Below are positions 1 through 10,757 of a stretch of DNA of 64,000 bases, piece by piece. This DNA is from Candidatus Azambacteria bacterium. GTDB lineage: Bacteria; Patescibacteriota; Minisyncoccia; GWC2-36-17; WO2-46-25. The stretch is from contig JACRAK010000007.1 of assembly GCA_016234725.1 (NCBI GenBank), positions 2,121 through 66,120 on the forward strand. The letters run 5' to 3'. Within the stretch, counting starts at the first letter, position 1; every line of letters begins with the position of its first letter. The notes under the pieces were generated by a model. That model was not told the origin of the DNA and did no database searches. It worked only from the letters and a program-made list of their open reading frames with translations. The translations under genes and the position numbers were made by a program.

Positions 1-395
1 TCCAACGTGCAATCAGCAAGGAGCTCTGTTCCAAGAAGGATGATGTCTTTTTTACTCCTTCTGTTTTTTTCGTCTTCCCTCCTTTCAGCATTAGTTCTCC
101 TTGCGATATATGCAGTGACCACGCGATCTTTTCCAAACCATTTAATGGTTGCATACGCGTAATCAGCCCGTCTTTTTGTGCCATCTGCATACGTCATCTC
201 TTCTCCCTCTCCATTCACATAATCGCCCTCCCACCGTAAACCAGCTGTAAGGACATACTCCCGTGACTCGGGGATAAGCAACTCCTTATTAAAGCCCGTG
301 TCAATGTGTACCTCTAACAGATCTGGACACCCGACAAACTGCAAACGCACACAGGGGAAAAGAAACTTATCTAAAAACCCCTCCATTATTTCCAT
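1..395 (-). CDS. Clan AA (retropepsin-like) aspartyl protease, 3' end outside window
   Basis: Not in the ORF track. Manual translation from ATG at 395 gives MEIMEGFLDKFLFPCVRL...HIDTGFN...TYADG...IILLGTELL, with DTG and LLG motifs; frame is open to base 1. Confidence 0.75.
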   Translation of the reverse strand, partial: MEIMEGFLDKFLFPCVRLQFVGCPDLLEVHIDTGFNKELLIPESREYVLTAGLRWEGDYVNGEGEEMTYADGTKRRADYAYATIKWFGKDRVVTAYIARRTNAERREDEKNRRSKKDIILLGTELLADCTL

Positions 396-685
396 GTTTC
401 TCCCTCCTCAAAAAGGATTTCATCGTCTGCCCCGATCTTATAACAAAAAATGGGGCGCTGATGAAAATGCAAAAATGCCTTTTGCCGCCCTTCGCGAGAA
501 TCTTCAGTGATCAGATATTCTCTCGTCTTAGTATCGATTGCTATAAGCTTGCCGTCATTTCCCGGACGAAGCGCGCGCCGAAGATATTTGTACACCGCTA
601 ATCCTTGCGTAACGATCCTGTCATATTTTTTCTTCTGAATATCCTTATTATCAATCACTCCATAACTCCATATGATGGTGATCAT
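386..685 (-). CDS. Small hypothetical protein upstream of the aspartyl protease (DUF5678-like partner)
   Basis: 99-aa ORF with AGGAGGAG SD; overlaps protease start; GKLIAID motif. Confidence 0.55.
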   Translation of the reverse strand: MITIIWSYGVIDNKDIQKKKYDRIVTQGLAVYKYLRRALRPGNDGKLIAIDTKTREYLITEDSREGRQKAFLHFHQRPIFCYKIGADDEILFEEGETWK

Positions 686-898
686 ATTCGCTCCTCCTGT
701 TTATGTGTAATTGTTAAGTTACAACTCCTTTCTTGCTTATAAATTATGCTTCTCTTAGCGGCATGTCAACCACACACATCCTCTCCTTTTTCATAAGTAA
801 AAAGAAGAGGTGGCAATTGTGCGCCCCGTTCCAACACGGATCATTTCACTGGCAGGATATCACCGGAAATTATCAGTATGCTTTAAGAGAAATATATA

Positions 899-2479
899 CT
901 ATTCTGCTTTTATTGCCTCCGATACTCCGCCAAGGTGTTCCAGAAAATCAACAAGCAAGCGGACGCCGAAACCGGAGCCGCCTTTCGGCCGGTAATGATT
1001 TTTCTCTGAAAGGATCGCCGTGCCCGCGATATCAATATGCGCGTATCCTTTATGTTCTCCGACAAATTCTTTCAAGAATAATGAGGAAGTGATAACACCC
1101 GCCGTCTTTCCTCCTATGTTTTTCACATCAGCAACATCACTTTCGATCTGCTTTTTATAGCAATCATCGAACGGGAAAAGCCATACCTTTTCTCCGGTGC
1201 GCTCCGATGCCTCCGTGATCAGCCCCAATAATTCATCGTTATTCCCTAAAAGTCCCGCGTAATGATTCCCAAGCGCGAGTTCACATGCATAGGTAAGCGT
1301 CGCAAGATCGATTACATACGTCGGCTTAAGCTCCGCTGCCGCATAATGCAGCGCATCAGCAAGAATAATGCGTCCTTCCGCATCGGTATTAAGCACTTCG
1401 ATCGTTTTGCCTGAAGCGGACGTGATGATATCACCCGGCTTATATGCCGTAGGACTCGGCACATTCTCAACCGCCGGAATTACTGCGCTCACTTTCACCG
1501 GCAATTGAAGCCGTGCCGCCGTAACGATCGCGCCCATGACCGCTGCCGCTCCCGCCATATCCATTTTCATTTCCATCATGTTTTCAGCAGATTTCAACGA
1601 CAAACCACCGGAATCAAAGCACACCCCTTTCCCGACAAGCGCGACGGTCTTTTCCGATGCGGAAGCAGGAGAATACTCAAGTGTAATTAAAACAGGCTCT
1701 TTGTCCGATCCTCCTCCCACGGTAAGAATGCCGTTCATTCCGCGATCCTTCAGTTCGGTCTTTCTCATCACGCGCACTGAAATACCCGGGTATTGTTTTG
1801 CGAGCGCCTCCGCTGTTTCTGCTAGGAATTGCGGGGTCACCACGCTCGACGGTTGATTCACGATATTACGCGCAAAATACACCGCTTCCGCGATCGTCAC
1901 ATTCCGCTCGAGTTGCTTTTGCCATGCGCTCACCTCGTCTGCCTCGATGATCTCAGGAAGCAGAAATTCCACCTCGGTTATTTTTGCTCCGCTTTCTTTT
2001 TCCGCTCCTTTGCTTTTATACGCGTTGAATTTATACAGCGTAAGCACAGCACCCTCAAAAATATACCGCAACCGATCTTCTGCTCTCTGAAGCGGCGAGC
2101 CAAACAGCGTGAATGAAATTTTTGCCGCGTCTGTCGCTTCAGCCGCCGCGATCGCCTGCGAGGCGACCTGCCGGAGCTTTTCCGCATCGAGTTCTTCTTT
2201 CTTCCCGAGGCCGCACAGAATAACGCGTTTATACAGCACATTTTCCGGATATATCACCGCCACCTTCCCGAGCTTGCCCGAAAAATCCTTATGCGCGAAA
2301 TATCGTTTTATCTTTGAGAAAATAGGGAATAACAGCTCCGCTTCTTTCTCTGCGGTTTCTTTCTTAAACCCGAGCCCGCATGGTATCTCTTCGCCCTCAA
2401 ATACGCCAAATACCACCGCGTCTTTTTCGGTGAGCCAGCCCTGATTCAATGAGAATTTTGTCGTCAGCGTATTATCCAT
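899..2479 (-). CDS. pepA: Leucyl aminopeptidase (M17)
   Basis: GKGVCFDSGG, MKMDMAGAA and NTDAEGR motifs. Confidence 0.95.
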   Translation of the reverse strand: MDNTLTTKFSLNQGWLTEKDAVVFGVFEGEEIPCGLGFKKETAEKEAELLFPIFSKIKRYFAHKDFSGKLGKVAVIYPENVLYKRVILCGLGKKEELDAEKLRQVASQAIAAAEATDAAKISFTLFGSPLQRAEDRLRYIFEGAVLTLYKFNAYKSKGAEKESGAKITEVEFLLPEIIEADEVSAWQKQLERNVTIAEAVYFARNIVNQPSSVVTPQFLAETAEALAKQYPGISVRVMRKTELKDRGMNGILTVGGGSDKEPVLITLEYSPASASEKTVALVGKGVCFDSGGLSLKSAENMMEMKMDMAGAAAVMGAIVTAARLQLPVKVSAVIPAVENVPSPTAYKPGDIITSASGKTIEVLNTDAEGRIILADALHYAAAELKPTYVIDLATLTYACELALGNHYAGLLGNNDELLGLITEASERTGEKVWLFPFDDCYKKQIESDVADVKNIGGKTAGVITSSLFLKEFVGEHKGYAHIDIAGTAILSEKNHYRPKGGSGFGVRLLVDFLEHLGGVSEAIKAE

Positions 2480-2524
2480 AATACAAGCGTTCTACCAGAT
2501 TCTCACCCTGTTTGTCAATCAACT

Positions 2525-2545
2525 TTACGAGGTCGCACCTCGTAA
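2525..2545. repeat. REP palindrome family A, copy 1
   Basis: TTACGAGGT-CGC-ACCTCGTAA upstream of RAYT. Confidence 0.9.
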
Positions 2546-2559
2546 GATATAATGAAATA

Positions 2560-3261
2560 GTGAAACGCCCTACTTTTGCCAACGAACACATTTACCATGC
2601 ATACAACAGAGGCGTGGAAAAACGAAATGTCTTTCTCGACGAGGAGGATTATTTTCGCTTCATACACGACCTTTTTGAATTTAATGATGTAAACCCTGCC
2701 CTGCCAAGTTCTTACCAATCTTACGAGGTCGCACCTCGTAAGATTGGGGTTGGGAAAAACAAGCGAAAACCGAGGGAATTTCTCGTTCATATACTTGCTT
2801 TTACTCTTATGCCAAATCATTTTCATCTTCTTCTTATGCAAAAACGGGAGAATGGAATTTCGGAATTTCTCAGAAAATTAAGTGGTGGGTACACAATGTA
2901 TTTTAATCAGAAATATGAAAGATCGGGCGTTCTTTTTCAGGGAAGATTCAAGGCGGCACTCGTTGAGCGAGACGCCCACTTTATCCATCTCCCGTATTAT
3001 ATTCATGCGAACCCCCTCGATCTTGTCATGCCGGAATGGCGCGAGGGGAACTTGAAAAATCCGGAAGCCGCATTCACCTTTCTTACGTCCTATAAGTGGA
3101 GCAGTTTTTCTGATTATATTGGCAAGAGAAATTTTCCATCCGTCACACAAAGGGAGTTTCTACTCAATGGTGCGGGTAACGAAGAAAGATATAAATCCGA
3201 TTTTATTTCATGGTTGAAAAGCATACAACTCGACACCATCTCGGATATAATCATTGAATAA
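2560..3261 (+). mobile_element. REP-associated tyrosine (HUH/Y1) transposase, RAYT/IS200-like
   Basis: YHAYNRG, MPNHFHLL (HUH), LFQGRF, YIHANP, YKWSS; likely GTG start at 2560; flanked by REP palindromes. Confidence 0.88.
2715..2747. repeat. REP family A, copy 2 (inside RAYT coding sequence, in frame)
   Basis: CCAATCTTACGAGGT-CGC-ACCTCGTAAGATTGG; encodes QSYEVAPRKI. Confidence 0.9.
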
Positions 3262-3303
3262 ACCAATTCTTACGAGGTCGCACCTCGTAAGAATTGGTTT
3301 ATT
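3257..3303. repeat. REP family A, copy 3
   Basis: 22-bp perfect stem with CGC loop, overlapping the RAYT stop. Confidence 0.9.
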
Positions 3304-3313
3304 GTAAATAAAA

Positions 3314-3339
3314 GGCCCCACGGCTTTCGCCGTGGGGCC
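3314..3339. terminator. Hairpin terminator between convergent genes
   Basis: GGCCCCACGGC-TTTC-GCCGTGGGGCC with an A-run on the left (U-tail on minus strand). Confidence 0.7.
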
Positions 3340-3420
3340 CTCTCGTTGTGTGGAATATCTGTTCGCAAGCCCTGCTCCCTCCGTTCTCTTCGCTACTCCC
3401 TACTGGCTATCTTCTTGCCC

Positions 3421-6400
3421 TTAGAGCTGCTTCAAGAACCCGAAGATGTCCTGGAAGTTGGTGATGATAAGGTCGATCACGGTTTCGCCTTTCTTGGGCG
3501 TCAGGATGGTAAAGTCGGTCGAGCGTCCTTTGTTGTTGGACGGATCTGCCGACTCGACCTGGAAGCGGTACACCGCGCCCGGCTTGAAGCTCGTGATCAC
3601 CATCACATGGCTTGTCGTATACTCCTGGTCGAGCTTCGAGAATTCGACAAGGTCGCCTTTGCCCACGCCCTCTTTCCAGAATATCTGTGAAGTGGACGGC
3701 TCGTCCGTTTCCCAATAGATGAGCGTCTGCGTCCGTTCCGTTTTGCCCGGGAATATCGTGGACTCGGAGCGTACCTTGCTGATCACCGGCGCTTTCTCGT
3801 CCACCGTCGTGCGGATCGTGCCGATCACTTTGGAGGCGCGCGCATCGGTCACGTCCGCGCTCGATATCTCGATAAGGAAGTTGGTATTCGACGTAAGGTT
3901 CGCCACCGTCACTTCGTGGTCTTTCACGAATTCCGGCTTGCCCTGCGTCCTTGCTTCTTTGCTCAACAGCTCTCCGTCATCAAACGGCGTGTAGCGCACC
4001 TGCGAATTGGAAAGCGTGTTCGTCTTCCACACGACCGTGATGGAGTTTTCCGTGATGCGTTTGAATGAGTAATCAAGGATCTGCGGCAATTCCGGCTTGG
4101 TCTCAAACACAAAGTCGCGCGATTTGCCTTCCGGCCCCACTTTCGCCTGCGAACGGATCTGGAAATGATACGCCGTTGCGGGCTCAAGGTTCGGCACCGT
4201 CACGACGTGCGTCGTCACCTCTTCCCGCGGCTGGCCGACCTGCACGGTGTAGGGGTCCTTCGCATTCGGATCGTATTCGTCCTGCGGCACCAGCGCGATC
4301 AGCGAACCGGCCGGCTTGTTCGTGCGCCACGTCACCGTCGCTTTGTTCGAGTCGATATCCACCTGCGGCACGCCGCCGATGATCGCAGGCGGCACGACTT
4401 CCTGCGTGATCTCTGAAATGGTGTCGGTGATCTCGGTCGTCAACTCTTCAAGATCCGAAAGCGACACATCGGTGGACACGCTCTTGAGGATCGATTTGAA
4501 CCGCTGCACCGCGTCTCTGAGTGAATCCTGCGTCTTTGCCTTGCCGCGCAATTCTTCGAGTTCTTTTTTAAGCGATTCCAGATCTTCTTTCGCAAGCAAC
4601 GCTTCTTCTTCGACGGTAAGCGTCGTGAATGTCTGGTCGCCCGAGTACGCGCGATTCCCGCGCTGATCGGCGGACATCACTTTGAAATTGTATGCGGTCT
4701 TCGGATTAAGCCCCGACACCGTCACGGTATGATCGGTCGCCATTTCTTCCGAACCGGCGAGGCCCCCATAGTTCATCGTTACGCCGTATTTCACCAGCGA
4801 ATCGGCCGATTCGTCGGTCGTCCACGCGATCGTCGCCGCTGTCGCCTTGATGTCTTTGATCACGAGCGACGCGATGAGCGGCGGCGTCACATCGCCCACC
4901 TCTACGATGGTCCTGCCCACCGTTACCACGTCTTTTGCGATGGTGGCGCATGAAAGCGTCGCTGATACTTCGCCGCCGGAAGCGTTGAGTGACCGCACTT
5001 TCGCATAATAGGTCGTACTTTCGGTGAGGCCGGTGAACGTATTGGAGTGCGCGGTCACATAACCCGCCGCAGCGCGCGATGCGTTATCGATCGTCCCTGT
5101 CGGATACTGCGCAACCTGCGCGCCAGCTACGGTCGAGAAATAATTTGCACCGACATCAGCAGAAAGCAAGGAAAGTTCTGTCGTGGAGAACTGGTCGGTC
5201 GTCCACGTCACCGTTGCGGTGGAAGAGGTCGTGGAACATGCCGCCATCGTCGTTATTGCCGGCGGCGTTTGGGTGGTTGTTGTCAGAGAGCGGATCGTTG
5301 ATTCATCGTACTGCGTGTACGAATCGCTTGATGAGTTTTGGTCCGTAGAGCGCACTTTATAATAGTAGGTTGCCGAGTATGTCAGGTTCGGAATAACGAC
5401 CGTATGCACATACTGCCCGTTGCCGTCCGCCGAGGTTACCTGCGCGCTTGAACCGACTGATATCGGATTGACGAGCGCCGATGCGCTTGTCGTCGCGTAA
5501 AACACGATGGAGTCGGATGCCTTATCCGTTTTCCATGTAATAGAGGCAGAGTCAAACGCCGGCGTCGCCACGATGCTTCCGGAGACAATCGCGGGGCCAT
5601 TTTGCGTGGTGAATGTGTAGCCCGCATCCGACGCGCCTTCAAATGCGCAATTGCCCGTCGCATCGCACGACTCCGCGGCATACCGGTACTGCATGTTCTT
5701 GGTCAGATTTGAAAGCGCGATCGTATGCGTTGCGGGCGTGCTTGTCGCGACCGTGAGATAGCCGGGATTTCCCAACTTCGAGGTATATCGCTCGCGGCCA
5801 ACTTTTCCGCTATTCACGTTATTCGTGAAATCCTGCTGTGTCGCAAAATATACCGCGGCATTCGTCGCGCCCGACGCGCCATCCGTCGCGTTAAACGAGA
5901 CCGTCGCCGATGTCGCCTTCACCAGCGAACTCGCCACGTTCGTGACCACCGGCGCCGTAGCGTCATTGCCGCCGCCTCCTTCGCCGAGATTTACCGCCCC
6001 GTCCGGTTTCGCCGTCGTCGAGGCATTCGAACGAATGGACGTATTGCCGTTTGCCGCGGTCACGCCCAAGCGATACCGATAATACAGGTTCGTATTAAGA
6101 TTCTGATGCACATAGTAGTTGGTGGAAATGCTCGTGATCGGCGTCGTAGCGTTTATATAAGAAGAAAATGTCGTGTTGTTGGTCGATGTCGCGTATTCGA
6201 TCTTATATGAAGCGAAATCAGACGATGTCGCCGTTTCCCACCCGATGAATAAGCGCCAGTCGCTCGTGCCAACCTTGGAAACATCCTGCACCAAAAATGA
6301 GCTTGATGCCGCCGGCATGATCGTCGATGCGGTGGATGTTGCCGCGGTGTTCGCGTACGGGTCGCGTACCTGCACCTTCAATGTCTTTACTTCAAAATCG

Positions 6401-9400
6401 CTGTCAAATGTCCATGCTCTCGTGCCGGGTGTCGTAAATGTGGTCCACGGGGTCGAGCTTGCGGTCGAATGTGTTGCCGCATCATCAGCGATCATATACT
6501 GCGCCGTGCTTGTCGCATCGCCCGATGTCGACATGCTTACCGTTGCGCTTCCGGTCTCGCCCGCCACACCCGCATCGAATGTAAACCCGAATGTCGGCGC
6601 GACATTGTCAATAATGACGTTCGCGGATGAGTCGGTCGAGGAAACGCTCTGCGACGAAAGCTGATTTGCGAGATTATTATCATGCACAAGCACGCGCACC
6701 TTCGCGGTGTAATTTGAATAATTTGCAAGTTGCGATTCCGCCCGTTGATTCCATACAATTGATTTACCGGTTCCTTTCGTCACCGAACCGACATCGCCTG
6801 TTGTTCCGCTCGCCTTTATCCATACCGTGGTGCCGGAAGAATACGCTTTCGTGTGCCGCGTAGAAGCGCCCGGCCACGAAAGGTCGCTTGAACCGCGCGT
6901 CAATGTGCCAAGCGTCGTGCCGTTCACGATCGCGGCATATTTCACCACTTCAGTACCTATCTGCACATACCCTGACGACGGCATTTTTGATGTATCCGAT
7001 ACGGTCAGCGTCGTCGTGTTGTCACTGGTTAAAGTTACGCCCGCATCATAAAAAAGATATGCTTCGTAGGCATCGCTTGTTTCCGATGGATCATCGGCAA
7101 GATCATACGTCACCGTAACTTTCCCGGCATCAGCTACCGTGGCGCCATTGGTCGTCGCCGCCGTGGTCGCAACAACATTCGTCACGGTCGGTGCGGTATT
7201 CACCACATACGTCACGCTCGCGCTCGCAACATACGGCGCATTCAAATAATTAGAAGAAGGAATAAGCGTGATGCGATACTGATACCACTGGTCATTCGAG
7301 CCGTCGGCAAGCGCCGCGGGGATAGTTGAGAAAGTGTTCAGCCCCGTTCCTGTCGCGACCCAATATGTGTCAACGCCCGAAGGGCCGTACCATGATGCCG
7401 CAGAAAGTCCGCCCGATGCCGATGCGGTGCGCACCTGTATCTTTGCCGCGGTACCTGTTGGCAGTGTACTGACACTCATACGCACATCACCGATCACATT
7501 TGCAGCAGAACCGGAATCATACGGGGAAGAAATAAGCGTATAGCCGTTCGTGCTATCGAGCGGCTTTAGATAATTTACGGTTATGTCGTTTAATTGTGGC
7601 GTTGACCCACCATCGGTGGTCTGGAGTATGGCATCATATTGAAACCATCGGTCACCAGATCCGTCGGTCAACGCAGTGTTTGCAATAGCCCCCCTATTAT
7701 TCGCATCGACAAAATAATCGGTGCCGGAACAATTTGTCGGACCGCACCATGATGCCGTCGCAAGTCCCGAAAGCGAACTTGCGGTACGGATACGGAATTT
7801 CAAAACTGCACTACTTGACGTTACCCCACTCCAGCTGATCGAAGATATGCCGTTGCCGTCATTTTCGGTATCAAATGGCGAAGAAACAAGTGAATAATTA
7901 GTACCGGGAGCAGCAATAGGATATTGCTGATATGAAACGGTAATATCGCTCAATGATGGCGTTGTGTTGGCATATACAACGGTGCCTGTCGTAGATACGA
8001 ACGCCTTATATCGGAAATATCTGTTGCCGTTGATGATACTTGCAAGCGCGGATTGTATAATACATGTCACCGCATACGGATTCGAACCGGTCACTGTACA
8101 ATTTGTATTGTCTTTACTGAATTTTGAAGTACCAGACAGCGAACCGACCGCAGTTGTTGATCCATCGTAATTATAGTATGTCCACGGTCCGCTTGCGCTA
8201 TTTGAAGATGCAACCTGTATGTCTAGATCGGTGTTTGCCGGCTGGTTCAAATTAAACGCAAGTGAAGAAATGGTTGCTGCACCCCCAAGATCAATGACTC
8301 CTGATTCAAAATTTCCCGAAGTGGCGTAATTGTCCTTGGTGTTGAATCGTCCAGAATTAGTACCAAGCTCCGCTGCGACAAAAATATTGCCGTTGTCTAT
8401 AGAAACTATTGATGATTCACCGAATACTGAAACACCCCATGGATTCGGATACGTGGTCGACAAATTAGTCCATGCACCGCTTGCAATAGTATATTTCGCG
8501 AAATAGGGAGCAGAGTTATAGAAGGAATAAAGGGTGCCGACTCCATCAAAGACAATGTATCCGTAATTTAACATTGCGTTAGACGATGTCAGATCGGTCC
8601 ACGTATTTGAAACGATATTAAACTTGGCAAAATCTGTAGGAGCGCCTCCTACAAGCTGATGGGCAGAAATATAAATATCTCCATTCACGCTATCATGCGT
8701 CATGCTCGCGGCACCAACCGTCCACGGCAATGGTTTGGTAGCTGTTAGATTTGTCCACACGCCGGTCGCGGTATCATACTTCGCAAATTGTGCAGTTGGA
8801 GTGCTTCCTCCTGCACCAGCAAGATAAAGAGTACCGCTGCCATCGGAAACTAGAGCGCCATTGGATACAGAAAATGGTGGGGGATTCGTGCTGGTGAGAT
8901 TTGTCCAGGTGTTTGTTCCCGGATTATATTTGGCAAAATTAGTAGTCCCCAATCCCCCTATAACAAAAATATTTCCCGTGACGCTATCATACACAACTCC
9001 TCCTCCGCCCACGTTAAATGGTACCGGTTTCGTGCTTGTAAGATCCGTCCATGCATTTGACATTACGCTATATCGTGCAAACCCGTTAGTAGAATACCCT
9101 TTCACGCTATAAATTGTCGCATTGCCGTCATACGCTAATCCGCCAATGTAACTGTTATAAGGAACTGGAGCAACTTCAGTGAGATTAACCCACGCATTAG
9201 CTGATATCTCTTTATATAAATTAACGCTGCCCGCACCCGCTGATCCATTTACCTCGGTGCTTGAGTTGGTGCCATTATAAAAACCAAGTCCATTTACCGA
9301 TACGCCTGCCGCTCCGCTATTTGCGCCACTTCCGCCGGTCACTGTGGGAGCTGAACCCGATACACTCCCTCTCAAAATAACTCTTCCTCCACCTCCTCCG

Positions 9401-10695
9401 CCGCCGCTAGCCGAAGAACCGCTGCCGCCTGCGCCGCCGCTTGCGGAAATAACGCCGCTGTTTGAGATGCTTGCACTTGTTAATTCTATTCTTCCTCCTG
9501 CGCCGCCGCCGCCGCCAAATGTACATCCGGTACCGCCTGCGCCGCCGTTTTCGGTTACCGCACCAGTCACTGTAATGTTGCCGCTACTTATTATTTTAAG
9601 ATATCCGCCACCTGCGCCGCCGCCGCCACCTGGATTATATGTGCTATTTCCACTACCGCCGCCGCCACCTGCGCCGCCGAGTTCAAGATTATACGCGGAG
9701 CTACCCCTCCCGTAACTTGTACCGCCGCCATTGCCGCCTGCGCCCCCATATCCGCCGCCGCCGCCGCTACCATAAGTACTGTAACCTCCCATACCGCCAA
9801 CAGTACCAGCGCCACCGCCACGCCCTGAATTCCCATTTGTATAACTTCCGGATGTCCCAGATCCGCCACTACCGCCATTATACCCGCCCGCAACACCCGT
9901 TGCACCAGCACCCGTTGTTCTTCCCGATACTCCACAATTTGTCGCACTACCACCGTTCGCACCATTGAGATTAATGGTACCGCTGACAGTGACATTTCCT
10001 GTGGCATTGATAGTAATGGCCGTAGAACCGGTCGCGGTTAAGGTAACTCCAGAATCAATATTAAAAGAAGTATAATTATAAGTTCCCGCGGCAATTACAC
10101 AATTCGGCGCAGTGCCGCTGATACCGGTGCCACTGCATGAACTAGTGGTCAGATTGACCGCTCCATCAGTGCCCGTGCCTCCACTAAAAGTAATCGCCGC
10201 CGATCCAGTAGTGGTTAACGTGCCGTCATCCGTAACAGTACCGTTTACAACAGCAAGCCGTAAACCCCCTGGCGTAGTTGTATAATCAATATGTGCATCG
10301 GTGGTGCTTGCGCTTGTCCACCCGGTTTGGTTGCTGGTGTGATTTGCAGAAGTCGTTTGATTCACCGACGACCAAGTGGTCTGTGCGAAACTGCCCGTCG
10401 AGGTGGCGACGGTCAGATCGGTTCCCGTAGTAAGATACGACGAGCTGGTGGAATAAAAGCTCGTCACACCAGTTTGTGCCGCACCACCCGTGTGGCCTGC
10501 AGTCGCATTGGTATCGGCAGAGGCCGCCCAATCATTTTGCGTGAACGTGAAGCTCGCCGCGAGCGCGGGAGCAGAAGGTGTAAGCGTGACGCTCACCACG
10601 TTCACCGCGACAAACGCAGTGACAAATATTTTCCTCACAAGACCTTTAAACTTTGAAGCTTTTAAACTTCTGCTCCCCTTTCCACCTCGACTCAT
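3421..10695 (-). CDS. Giant secreted/surface protein: signal peptide, Gly-rich region, beta-propeller-like repeats, three related beta domains, FnIII/purple-acid-phosphatase-N-like repeats, coiled coil
   Basis: 2424-aa ORF; signal peptide ending PALA-A; WTNLT/FAKY repeats; ATITWTTD...H.V...L...Y.Y.V.S repeats. Confidence 0.85.
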   Translation of the reverse strand: MSRGGKGSRSLKASKFKGLVRKIFVTAFVAVNVVSVTLTPSAPALAASFTFTQNDWAASADTNATAGHTGGAAQTGVTSFYSTSSSYLTTGTDLTVATSTGSFAQTTWSSVNQTTSANHTSNQTGWTSASTTDAHIDYTTTPGGLRLAVVNGTVTDDGTLTTTGSAAITFSGGTGTDGAVNLTTSSCSGTGISGTAPNCVIAAGTYNYTSFNIDSGVTLTATGSTAITINATGNVTVSGTINLNGANGGSATNCGVSGRTTGAGATGVAGGYNGGSGGSGTSGSYTNGNSGRGGGAGTVGGMGGYSTYGSGGGGGYGGAGGNGGGTSYGRGSSAYNLELGGAGGGGGSGNSTYNPGGGGGAGGGYLKIISSGNITVTGAVTENGGAGGTGCTFGGGGGAGGRIELTSASISNSGVISASGGAGGSGSSASGGGGGGGRVILRGSVSGSAPTVTGGSGANSGAAGVSVNGLGFYNGTNSSTEVNGSAGAGSVNLYKEISANAWVNLTEVAPVPYNSYIGGLAYDGNATIYSVKGYSTNGFARYSVMSNAWTDLTSTKPVPFNVGGGGVVYDSVTGNIFVIGGLGTTNFAKYNPGTNTWTNLTSTNPPPFSVSNGALVSDGSGTLYLAGAGGSTPTAQFAKYDTATGVWTNLTATKPLPWTVGAASMTHDSVNGDIYISAHQLVGGAPTDFAKFNIVSNTWTDLTSSNAMLNYGYIVFDGVGTLYSFYNSAPYFAKYTIASGAWTNLSTTYPNPWGVSVFGESSIVSIDNGNIFVAAELGTNSGRFNTKDNYATSGNFESGVIDLGGAATISSLAFNLNQPANTDLDIQVASSNSASGPWTYYNYDGSTTAVGSLSGTSKFSKDNTNCTVTGSNPYAVTCIIQSALASIINGNRYFRYKAFVSTTGTVVYANTTPSLSDITVSYQQYPIAAPGTNYSLVSSPFDTENDGNGISSISWSGVTSSSAVLKFRIRTASSLSGLATASWCGPTNCSGTDYFVDANNRGAIANTALTDGSGDRWFQYDAILQTTDGGSTPQLNDITVNYLKPLDSTNGYTLISSPYDSGSAANVIGDVRMSVSTLPTGTAAKIQVRTASASGGLSAASWYGPSGVDTYWVATGTGLNTFSTIPAALADGSNDQWYQYRITLIPSSNYLNAPYVASASVTYVVNTAPTVTNVVATTAATTNGATVADAGKVTVTYDLADDPSETSDAYEAYLFYDAGVTLTSDNTTTLTVSDTSKMPSSGYVQIGTEVVKYAAIVNGTTLGTLTRGSSDLSWPGASTRHTKAYSSGTTVWIKASGTTGDVGSVTKGTGKSIVWNQRAESQLANYSNYTAKVRVLVHDNNLANQLSSQSVSSTDSSANVIIDNVAPTFGFTFDAGVAGETGSATVSMSTSGDATSTAQYMIADDAATHSTASSTPWTTFTTPGTRAWTFDSDFEVKTLKVQVRDPYANTAATSTASTIMPAASSSFLVQDVSKVGTSDWRLFIGWETATSSDFASYKIEYATSTNNTTFSSYINATTPITSISTNYYVHQNLNTNLYYRYRLGVTAANGNTSIRSNASTTAKPDGAVNLGEGGGGNDATAPVVTNVASSLVKATSATVSFNATDGASGATNAAVYFATQQDFTNNVNSGKVGRERYTSKLGNPGYLTVATSTPATHTIALSNLTKNMQYRYAAESCDATGNCAFEGASDAGYTFTTQNGPAIVSGSIVATPAFDSASITWKTDKASDSIVFYATTSASALVNPISVGSSAQVTSADGNGQYVHTVVIPNLTYSATYYYKVRSTDQNSSSDSYTQYDESTIRSLTTTTQTPPAITTMAACSTTSSTATVTWTTDQFSTTELSLLSADVGANYFSTVAGAQVAQYPTGTIDNASRAAAGYVTAHSNTFTGLTESTTYYAKVRSLNASGGEVSATLSCATIAKDVVTVGRTIVEVGDVTPPLIASLVIKDIKATAATIAWTTDESADSLVKYGVTMNYGGLAGSEEMATDHTVTVSGLNPKTAYNFKVMSADQRGNRAYSGDQTFTTLTVEEEALLAKEDLESLKKELEELRGKAKTQDSLRDAVQRFKSILKSVSTDVSLSDLEELTTEITDTISEITQEVVPPAIIGGVPQVDIDSNKATVTWRTNKPAGSLIALVPQDEYDPNAKDPYTVQVGQPREEVTTHVVTVPNLEPATAYHFQIRSQAKVGPEGKSRDFVFETKPELPQILDYSFKRITENSITVVWKTNTLSNSQVRYTPFDDGELLSKEARTQGKPEFVKDHEVTVANLTSNTNFLIEISSADVTDARASKVIGTIRTTVDEKAPVISKVRSESTIFPGKTERTQTLIYWETDEPSTSQIFWKEGVGKGDLVEFSKLDQEYTTSHVMVITSFKPGAVYRFQVESADPSNNKGRSTDFTILTPKKGETVIDLIITNFQDIFGFLKQL

Positions 10696-10726
10696 ATAAT
10701 GGTATTAATGATAACGACTACTCCAC

Positions 10727-10757
10727 AATTCCTACGAGGTGCGACCTCGTAGGAATT
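10727..10757. repeat. REP family A, copy 4 (opposite orientation)
   Basis: AATTCCTACGAGGT-GCG-ACCTCGTAGGAATT. Confidence 0.88.
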
